Source: Owenia fusiformis (Eukaryota). From it: a stretch of 64,000 nt of DNA. Position 1 is the stretch's first letter; every line of letters begins with the position of its first letter. The stretch lies in NCBI GenBank assembly GCA_903813345.2, contig CAIIXF020000001.1, forward strand, positions 29,264,001 through 29,328,000, given 5' to 3'. This document shows, piece after piece, positions 53,678 to 64,000 of this stretch. A model generated the notes under the pieces. That model did not search any database, was not told the origin of the DNA, and worked only from the letters and a program-made list of their open reading frames with translations. Both the position numbers and the translations under genes were made by a program.

Positions 53678-54336
53678 TATTACAAATGAAGATAGCAACA
53701 AATATGGGGTGGATGAGAGTTAATCAGGACGGAATGATAAAAGATTTGCATAGACCTAGATATTCACCCATATAACAATACAATTCTAATATGATATGTC
53801 ATTTCACAATAACTAAAGACAAATGATGATTTACTGGTATTTCACTATAGACCATTAAATGCAAAATTTGTTTTTTCTTGTTTGTTTATCAAATTAGAAT
53901 TGTAACAAAGACCTAGATTTTATGACTCAATTGCCTCGTGATTTCAGTCAGAAAAAAATCTTCAGTCATATATTGATAATTAAATCATAGAATCTCGGTC
54001 TTCATTCCTCAAGACGTATACTGAAACCCCTTTGTGCTGTAGTGGTAAGGATTCAAGAACTACCTATTAGGGCAGTCAATATAATTACAAAAGGGTAGAA
54101 GAATAAGGTTTAAGTACATGTATATTTAATATTATCTGTGCTACCTTGAGAATATAAAATAAATAAGTCATAATCATAATGAAGAATCATGGAAGATAAA
54201 ACTTTTATAATTAAAAAGTATTTCATGAATGTCATAATGAAATCATTAGTTTCTGAAATTATAAAATTCATGAAAAACTTTTAAAGTTGTATATACATGT
54301 ATACTGTAGTGCTAAAATGTATTTAAAAGGTATGTA

Positions 54337-54444
54337 AGTAAAAAGTCCTGTTTTCAGGTCAACTGTTAGTAAAAAAAGTCCTGTTTCCAGGTCCATTGTA
54401 AGTAAAAGTCCTGTTTCCAGGTCCATTGTAAGTAAAAGTCCTGT
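54337..54444. repeat. About 30-33-bp tandem repeat, about 3.5 copies
   Basis: agtaaaagtcctgtttccaggtccattgta repeated. Confidence 0.8.
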
Positions 54445-55310
54445 ACATGACTGGAATTGATGATAAAACATGTATCTGTACACTAGACATGTACAAAATG
54501 ATATCTGTACACTACATACAGTACACCTGTACACAATATCTGTACAATTTACTAGCTAAAAGCTTTTACTTATAAATTATAAAAAGATGATTGCCTTTTG
54601 TGCAAAATGAGCTGTACTAATCTCTAAACCTCTTATATAATTACAAATATCATATATATAGTTATATATACAAACAGTTTATGTACACACCACTTTATGG
54701 CAATTTAGCCAAATGCATTCTATTTTCTTTAACTGCATTTACAGGGAGTCTCAGTTTGCATATAAGCATATACTAGGGGCATTCAAAATGATTGCGCCTA
54801 CACTATTCAAGATTGCATACAAACAATATACAAGTTCACACACTAGAAGCATATTTCATTACATCTTACTCAAAGTGTTCCTGACTAGTTAGTTCCTACA
54901 CACACCGTGGTTGTACTGTCAGGAAATGTCTCAATCATAAATGAAATTGTCATGGTTACTCGCTAATACTAATTTTGAATCTATCAAAGCAAGCAGGCAC
55001 GTCAGCCTGTGAATTCCTAAGGTAAAGCACATAAGGCTGAGGTAAAATTATTAGCTTGAATGACTAAGGATTTCCGATTTGACAAATTCATATACAGTTT
55101 TGCAACACATGACTAGATGTTTGTAAAATGCTGCGGGTTAAATTGCCAGAAAGTGGTCTGAACATGTGACTTAAGGCAGTGTGTATGGGCAGTGGTACGC
55201 TATAATATATAACACTGTCTTTGGTAGATGTGTCCAGTAACTGGACCACTCTATCACTGCATAGTTTCAAACTGTACTTTCTACAGTTCACTGTATAAAT
55301 CAATTTCACA

Positions 55311-55450
55311 AGGGGTGATCAATAAGTTATAGATTTAATATCTCGATATTCAGTTGCACACTTCATGTGGCATAATTCATGCCTTTAACCAGGAGACTGA
55401 TTTTGTATGTATATCTTACAATCTGAGCCAAAACTTATTGATCACTCCTT
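55311..55450. mobile_element. Small MITE
   Basis: TIR aggggtgatcaataagtt / aacttattgatcactcct. Confidence 0.55.
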
Positions 55451-55955
55451 CATCTTATATTAAACAATTAACCTTCAGTATAAAATTATTTCACATTTCA
55501 ATCATTGCTCTTTGAGTATTAAATATTATGTAGCCATGATTGAAGTGTCATACAAGTTTTGTGCATACTTGTAACTGGTCATTCGAAAAGTATCACTTTA
55601 AATGTTGTATCTATACAAATAGTAACAAAAGTATCTAAACTGTATTACACATTACGTGTAGCCTCTCTTAAGTTCTTTCAATTAAACTGCCCTGTAATTT
55701 TCATAACATGATTTGATGCACAAATTGACCATTTAAATGTTGTATTATGACTTGGCTGTCATGGCAACAATTGGCTTAGACTAATACAACGTTGTATGTT
55801 TCATCAGGAAAATACATAAGAGGGGACTCTTCACCTCAATATATAACAAAATAAATGCAATTGATGATTCATAAATATGGATTCTTCAAGTATCCAAGGG
55901 GTCTCTGCGAATACCTGGACAATCCCTGTTGGTTTAAATGCATTAAAGACCCCCT

Positions 55956-58900
55956 CTACAATACAGGTCCACAAGGGTATGTATTCCAGCCATGGGCAGT
56001 GTCTCTACTAAAGTTTAAGGGGCCTTCCTCTCCTACATATAATTGACTAATACACCCTACAAATCCTGTCCTAAATTTACTGTCTGTCATTACTCTGAAG
56101 TCTGGGACCCCACCTGGAAAAAAGTTCAAACACAATTAAAAGATGTCACTAGTGGAAACTCATGAATTCAAGTGAAAGGTAACATGCAACTATCAAAAAA
56201 TCAGATATAAATATATGGCTTAAGTCTTTTGAGTGATACATCCCTAAATGTAAAATATGAAATGTAAGATTTAAATCAAGCTTCTGATATTTCAAATCAA
56301 TCTCTTTCTGGAAAAACAGTTATGGTTTAGTTCGGTTCTTGGTTTTTTGCCTTCTGATTCGGATCAATTCATACACATGGTAGGCCTGAACTAAATGTTT
56401 TTAATAGTTTTAAGTAACAATATGAAGTGAAACAGCATGGAAAGAACAAGTTACAGTGCAAAATCATGTTTTATAAAATACATTACCTATATAAATATTT
56501 CCTTTTGTATTGAGCATTTGTAATGTTCCACCTGATTCTCCGACTTCTAAAACAACTGTGTCCACTTCTATTGTTCCTCTTTGTCCAGTTCTGGAAGGTT
56601 ACAATATATAATTTTATGTTTTATTAATGAACCTGGGGTAGATTGAATGAATAAATTTAACTAACAGAAAATGTGACACATGGTATGAGACATTTAACAA
56701 AAATCTATCCAGAGCAAATATGAATTGAAGCTATCATATATTGGACCACCCTGTATGTGTTACCTTCTTGCAATAACTGTGTGCTCCTCTCCATCATCCA
56801 CTCTGTACCTAGCTGTAATAGTAGCTGGCCCACTTCCTAGCTCAAAGCTGAAACGCAATAGAATTAATAATTATGTTTGTATGTCTGATGTTGTCAATTT
56901 ACAAACTTTGAGTAATATAGTAAATCAATGAGTGATAAAATACCATGAAATGGGACTTTCAAAATGAATGTCTTTCAGAAAATAAAATCTTTACACTCAT
57001 ACGTTGATAGTTATTTCTTTGGATGACAGAATGTCAATAATAATAAGTTCCTTACCTTAATACTGGGTAACCATCAACAATTGCAATGGCAAAATAGTCC
57101 TGTCCTTTGCCATCTATCTCTGGTGTTTGTCCATGCCAGAACAATAAAGCATCACTACTATCTGTTGCAAAGGTTATACTAATGACCTCTTCACTCTGAC
57201 TGTTGATGTGAGGTAGAAGGCTACCAGGTAATTCTATGTAACTGTTGCCTTGGAAACCAGCTGATTCTCCCACTTGGAACGCTGTAATAGAGCAGCCATA
57301 TATGAACTTAAAATATGTCAAATTTCAAGAAATATATTAAATGTTAATCGATATATCCAACTTAAGAAGCATTTAATCATTCAAAAATAAAAATGTTCAT
57401 GTCAGATAGGATTCAGTGTACGGTAATTAACTTATTCAGAATTTGAGATGCACCTTACAGTAGAATTATTGCCCAGGCAGTTTATATAATAATAATGACC
57501 CTCCCTCATATATGTGTTATCCAAAAGCTCCCCTAAAAAGTGTTGTAATCTCACCTATTTCACAGTTGTCCCCCATGAAGCCAAGTGGACAGTCACAGGT
57601 GTGCCCATTATCAACCACCTTACAGAGGCCATTGTTCAAACAGGGGTTGTCAGTAGCACACAGGTTGTTCTCAGCTTCACAGTTTTTGCCTACAAGTCAT
57701 GAGTGTATAAGTGTAGTAGAATCATAGGGACTCAATCGGTGGAATACAATCATTGGAACTCAATCATTGCAATACAATTATTGGGACTGAATTAGTCTAA
57801 TACAATCATTGGGACTCAATCATTGCAATACAATCATTGGGATTCAATCAGTGGAACACAATCATTGGGACTCAATCATTGCAATAAAATCATTGGGATT
57901 CAATCAGTGGAATACAATCCCTGAAAATCAATCAGTGATACAATCACTTATACTTAATCTGTAATACAATACAATCATTTTAACCTTTCAGTGGAATAAA
58001 ATTAGTAAAATGTAATCATTTGGATCTAATCTGTAGTAAGTGTTTCCTTTCTTCAATATATCTGAGGTTTCTGTAAGGTAACATTGCCATGCCCAATTTC
58101 AGCCCTGTCTGCCATTATGATATTGGACCATAACAACAGACCGGCATGATGTCCTACCTGTATATCCATCTGAGCAATCACATCGATAGGCCCCATCACC
58201 AAGGTCTTCACAGCGGCCATTGTGATGACATGGTCTCACAGCGCATGGGTTCCTGTCTCGACAATCACTTATAGCACGATAACCAATAGCAGAGTTAATC
58301 AGATCAATGGGAGTTCCACTCACTGTCAACTACAATCAGAATTGAGTGAGAGTTTAATGTTAAAGCTCCTTTAATGCCCTTTGCAGTTAAGTGTTTCTTC
58401 AAGCACATACATGTTTGTTCATAATTGCAATGATTTTCAGGTTGAAATCTGCCCAACCAGATTTAAACATTTCAAAATGTAAGTTAAGCAATGAGCTAAT
58501 TACCTCTGAGATACACCCATCAATACCAGATGTGACCTCAATGCTTGAGTGAGGCAGAGTATCCAGGTTCACACCTCCTATGTACAGGTGTGTGCGTAAG
58601 TTCAGACCTCTAGTGCCCCCTGGTGACTGCCCTGTAATTTAAACATCACAACTGAGTATTTAGGATAAGGGAGGCATTTAGAGTTGTACCTCAAGATACA
58701 GAGTTTAAGTGAAGTAGCATACAGTGCATATTTAGAGTTCAATTCTCGCTGCTAATAGAGATGATTGTGTAGACTGAAACTAGCTATCTATAGTGAATAG
58801 TAGATATTCATGCATTTATGAAGAATTAAAACTAAAAACTAAGAAAACAAACATCTACTATCAGTTATAAAAATATTATACTTGAATCAAAAAAAAAATA

Positions 58901-61900
58901 TGAAAAAATTGTTACTTTATTGATTCAGATATCTATTTCTTAGATAGAAAATCAAACTGAAGGAACAAGAGCTGATATATTCAGCATATTTTTTTAGGTT
59001 TACTCCCATTACCAATTAGTGAACCCTCAACCCATGCATGGGTTTAAAAATATTAGTGCATTTTATCTATTGGTCAGTTTGTGTCCACAATGACTTTAAT
59101 TGATTAATATCTTCATGCCTCATCAGTCTGACACACATCTCCAAGAAATGCCTCAAAATGTGGCAATCCTCCATGTATTTCAAGAGCATAATCTCGTTTC
59201 CTTGGAAAAGTGCACCAAACTGTATCAATAAACTTGTTACAGCAAAATAGATCAATCAAACTAAAAGTCATGTCACAAAATAAAATTTTCAATTACAGCC
59301 TTTGAATAAATAATAAAAATGCTATTTAAGGAAATAAATTAATTCTAAAAATTTTATGAACTAATATTGAGGGAAAGGTAGAAGGGTAATTCTTCACTCA
59401 TGAGAGGAACAGTGCAACATACATGATATAGGACTGGCAAATTGTACATGAATGACTAAAGCTTATTAACACATGTACATGCAAGAGCACACTTTGGACT
59501 TGAAAGCAACTGCACTATCTTCAAGAATTGAAAAAGAGGAATAAATATCTTTAAAGTTATTTGAACGTTCATTTAAATGTATGGAAAATTGTAATGGGTA
59601 ATTACATAAATCTTTGATTTTCAAGAAGCACCCTCCCCTCCTCCCCATATCCATTGATAGCAGTAAACATTACATACTAATTAACCTCTTGACTACCTGG
59701 AGTGACGAGAAGACCTTGAAACCCAGAGTGACGAGAAAATCCATCACAAAAATTTTCACTAATTTTTCACTAAATTTTCATCCAATGTTCACAAAACCTG
59801 TTTTAAAATATGTGGAAATGATCTCTTGACTACCTGGAGTGACGAGATTTCTCGTCACCTCAGAAATGACCTTGAAACCCAGTGACGAGAAAATCTGTCA
59901 CAAAAATTTTCACTAAAATTGCTCTTATTTTTACAATTTTCATCCAATGTTCACAAAACCTGTTTTAAAATATGTAGAAATCATCTCTGCCCTCTAATTT
60001 TACTAAGTTGAGCATCTCAAGTTGTATAGGTATGTAGTAAAATGTCAAAATGAAAATTGTCTGGTTTCTACCGATTTTAGAGCCTGGGATTCAAGAGGTT
60101 AAATAAATTGCATATCATCCATCCTCACACCAACATAAAATACTAAATTACAGTAAAACCTCTCAGGCCAAGCAGCCTTGTATTAAAGAGGAAATGTTTA
60201 TATGGATGAGGTTATCAACAGGCCCTCAAGGACATAATTCACACAAATGTACATGTAAAAATGAGTTTACACCCCACAAATATTTATTGAATTGAATGTT
60301 AAGTTGATTGTTTGTGAATAGGGTCATGAGGACAGGTCCCACCTTAGAGGAGTTTTACTGTAGTGTTATACCAGAATACAAACATGCTCCCATTGTTTGC
60401 ATACAGTAGAGACAAGTGACCACCCAAATACCACATACAAGTACATATATCATCATTGACATAATAGGTAACATATAATATATAATACACAAAGTTCTCA
60501 AATAGCAACCCTTATAAGTGAAGATCTTTAGATTCATTCAATACTTTTACATTGAATTGTTATTTGTTTTCCAAATTATATTTCAGGTATGCTTAATATG
60601 TATTCGTGGACCATGAAGATGTTAGGCTTGTCAAAAAGTAGTGAACCTTTGATCATATTTCAGAAAATCTTAATATAACTGATGACCATGACCAGAAGTC
60701 ATGCTTGCCAAAAAACAGTGACTTTGTGATATCACTCCTAGTTTCAAAGTAAGCAAACACCACTTTATCAGTTGCACAACCATAATTCATACAAATATCA
60801 AAATATTTTCTTTAGAACTGAACAAAGCAGATGATCTATGCTAAAATGAGTGAAGACTTTAAATGAGTTAAAAATAGATCAAATTGCTATGGTTTAGTTT
60901 TTAATATATTGGGTTGCTATTTGTTGTCTTTGATAAAGCTGTGCCAGCAAGCAGTGATGATGATGACGTGCCAATTCAAAATGCTTATACAATGTACCTC
61001 CTGCGGGGCCTTTTGCTGGAAAAAGGATCATTCAAGTGTACACACAAAGCTGTGCACGACTCTAGTGCACGTGTACACCCCCCTCGGAAGTTTGGAAAAT
61101 GTAATTTCCCATTTGCAAACTCAGAAAGGGAGTGTACATAATATGACCTCCATATTTCCAAAATGGTTTCTCCATTTACAGCAATATGAATTTGTGATAT
61201 AATTTTGGAATCAATGAAACTCATAACAGTATTTAGGGTCATTCATAGTATAGGTGCCTTATGCTATTACTGTACCACTTGGTGAAACTATAATGTCCCA
61301 GTACTAAATGTGTATAAAGGATCACATAAATTGTTAGACCCTACCAAGTGGTATTATGAAATAGCAAATTGCACAATTCATAGTTCTACAGTGTTCTATA
61401 CAGTCATTGTACAGCCTAGAGATACAATTGACACTTCAAACGGAATTAGTTGGTACAGGCAAGACTGGCTTGTACAGATACATGGAGACATTACAGGTAA
61501 GGTCTGCATAGAGAAAGCTGACTCAACTATTGAACTATAGGAGCTGTTTGAGATGCATTGCCTTAAACTAGAATAATGCAACATAGGTATTGATATACAG
61601 AATAAACAGCATTTAACATTTGAAAATCTCATAACTAAATACACTCTCCTGCTGAATATTGTTATTATTGTTGATCAACTAAGTTATTACAAGAAACAAA
61701 AGGTGATGGAATTTGGAGGAGTTTTGAATTTAAAGTTTGAGAAATGGGTTGAGTGATTTTTGGTTATTCCAAAGATAAGGTATATGATATACCAGTTACA
61801 AAGTTTGGTCAAGGTATTTTGGACACAATAACAAAATGGCACATCTAGATTCAAAGGCATGACTAAGGTTTGAAAAACATGTCACAATGTGACAATCTAG

Positions 61901-63864
61901 AGTCAAAGGCATGACTTGGGATTTAAAAGGTGACAAACAGATTACAATCTAGATTCTACACAAAGTCTAACATTTTAAAAAGGGTGATAAAGGACCTGAA
62001 TTCAATAAGCTTAATTTGCAAGTTTCATCAGCAAAGACCTCATTAAACTAAAGCAATAAAACATTAAACAAACCAATCTGTGTCAAAACCAGGCCTAGGT
62101 ATCAAATAAATACACCCTTGACTAGAATCATTTATTACTCTGTACAACTCCTCAACATTGAGTCAACAGTATCTCTTATACACCTGCCTCTTGACATATA
62201 CCCAATTGCCCTTAAAACATGACATTGTCACAATGTTATTCTTCATTTCACTCTGTATTTGCAAGGTTTTGACACAGACAAGCAATTGTTTATAAATACC
62301 ACTTCATCAGCCAATACTTTCCTCGCCTTCTGAGTCAATATTCAAATTTAATACAAGGAGTACAAAAGAAATGAAGGCAGAGAAAGTCTGGCTAGATCTG
62401 TGGTATAAACTATAATTCTATAGGTCAGTTACAATGAGAGTTAACATACCTTTAACAGCAACGCCATCATCAATACTAAGGGAGCCATCTTGTTCATTAC
62501 GCTCTGCAGTAACCTTGAACCATTGTCCAGTCACTAGAGGTGTCTCATTCCTGATAACAGCTGGACCTGCACATAAAAACATGTTTTGCTCCAGTTCCAT
62601 TCATCTTTTGTGATTCAGAGTTGTTACTTTTAATTTTCTAAAGGCTAAAGATTTAAAAAAAATTTTAAACTTCTTTGAGTGCTTGAAATCAAGATTTTCC
62701 CTTGAGTAATTTTTTCAAACATTTTTGTTGGGTGACAGTAAGTTCAAACAAATAAATCAATTCAATCCTTACCTGAACCACTATCGAACCTGAATTCAAT
62801 CTTGCCATCCTTGACAGCAAGAGAAATAAAGTCTCCGTAACCATCATTCTTCTGGCCATTATACAGCAAGATGCCATCACTAAGTGAGTTTAACTTGAAC
62901 ATCATGACAATCTCGGACTTGAGGGTGGCGTCTTGTAGGGTGGGGAATGAGATATGAGAACCATTGCTGAAGCTTGGGTATAAGATGCTTATTCCTAGAA
63001 ATACATGTACATCAAATGACAATTACTGTAATGAATCTGTTTTGAACAAAGATTTGTACAATAATGCTCATCACGCAGCATCAATTACAGAAACTCATTC
63101 ATTTTGGTCTTACATCAAATCTCGCTAGTGTCTTATGTGAGGAAGAGAATAATGGATGGTCCCTCAGGTAGATATGCATATCTCCTTCTGGATAAGCCCC
63201 ATATCCAAAACAATCCAGTACATAACCCGTATATACATGTATCACATACCAGTATATATTTTTTGAAATACATCTTGAGCTATCACAATACCTATAAGCA
63301 ATACCTTACATTTGAGAGCATTCTGCTCTTACCTTGTTCACACCTATCACCAAGTTTGCCAACTGGACATGTACAACTGTATCCAAGATCTCCTCTCAAG
63401 TCATAACATCTGCCTCTTTCTCCACAAGCACCTAGATATAGAACAAGTTGACTTATACCCTGGAAATGTGGCACTGATCTAACATTGTAATCTAATTAAC
63501 ATGAATTTCTCCTGGATTTTTGCATTAATCTATGATATGAAATGCACAAAATTGAAATTACTTACAAATACTTGAGCTTAAACTCCAAAGCAAACCTTAT
63601 ATCAAGAATAACTGTTCAGAAACAGAATGATTCATTCACACATACCTGGGAAGCATTTTTCTCCTTGAATCTCACAGTTCTTGCCAGAGAATCCAGTCAA
63701 ACACTGGCACTTGTAGCCCTCATCTGTGCTGGCAGCCAGGCATTCTCCTTGGTTCTGACAGGGCTTCTTCTTGCAGGAGTCATAGCCAATCACATTAATG
63801 ATCTCAATGGCATCTGCCCCAAGATCCAGCTGGACACCATCCAGTTGGACTCGACTGACAGCAC
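55956..63864 (-). CDS. HSPG2: Perlecan (basement membrane heparan sulfate proteoglycan core protein)-like, 3' part encoding domain V; gene continues beyond the window
   Basis: 11 in-phase exons: 63646-63864, 63333-63431, 62773-62994, 62450-62566, 58504-58631, 58158-58329, 57555-57689, 57056-57281, 56764-56847, 56487-56590, 55956-56113 (TAG). Architecture LamG(end)-EGF-EGF-LamG-EGF-EGF-LamG is that of perlecan domain V (agrin and pikachurin have one EGF before the last LamG); motifs QSPGGTRGLNLRTHLYIGG and LLFWHGQ...GQDYFAIAIVDG...FELGSG. Confidence 0.9.
57727..57975. repeat. 28-bp minisatellite, about 7-8 degenerate copies, intronic
   Basis: gggactcaatcattgcaatacaatcatt repeated with variants. 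Confidence 0.85.
59685..60098. mobile_element. piggyBac-like MITE with duplicated left end
   Basis: TTAA|cctcttgactacctgg ... cctgggattcaagagg|TTAA; the left about 135 bp recurs at 59823-59985. Confidence 0.75.
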
Positions 63865-64000
63865 CTAGTAACATAGTCAATTGTACAGTGATGCCTGGGT
63901 TGATATTTGTGCTTGGTGTTTAACATAGGAATATAAGTATAGACAGTTTTACATGTATTAACATAAAATTATGAAGAAATTAATATGCTGATTGAACAAA

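Noticed and set aside
55956-63864. Agrin, pikachurin, EYS or crumbs as identity of the LamG/EGF gene
   Set aside because: Two EGF repeats between each LamG pair, a terminal LamG and no transmembrane segment fit perlecan domain V best
1-64000. Prokaryotic or phage systems, tRNA and rRNA genes
   Set aside because: Sequence is intron-rich eukaryotic DNA; no operon-like structure, and no tRNA or rRNA recognised by eye (tRNAscan/Infernal not run)

Overview
AT-rich eukaryotic (metazoan, probably marine invertebrate/lophotrochozoan-like) genomic DNA with GT-AG spliceosomal introns; not prokaryotic. Manual splicing gives: (1) a complete 19-coding-exon kinesin-14 gene (KIFC3-like, about 939 aa) on the minus strand, 16564-36924, with probable 5'UTR exons up to about 44.8 kb; (2) nested antisense inside its 8.2-kb intron, an intact 4-exon gene for a 160-aa secreted SnoaL/NTF2-like protein (25905-28711) plus a tandem, disrupted paralogue (30009-32053) whose intron carries an expanded 39-bp minisatellite; (3) an intronless 171-aa orphan ORF (38069-38584, +) in the kinesin 5' region; (4) a 3-exon TMEM26/TMEM121-like membrane protein gene (+, 48137-52119) head-to-head with the kinesin; (5) the last 11 exons of a perlecan (HSPG2)-like gene, domain V (minus, 55956-63864); (6) a probable first coding exon of an unidentified minus-strand gene at 10130-10229; (7) a 5'-truncated LINE, many MITEs (several with intact TIRs and TSDs), a Helentron/HINE-like element carrying a 136-bp satellite array, foldback hairpins and tandem repeats. 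All calls come from reading the sequence by eye; no database searches were run.
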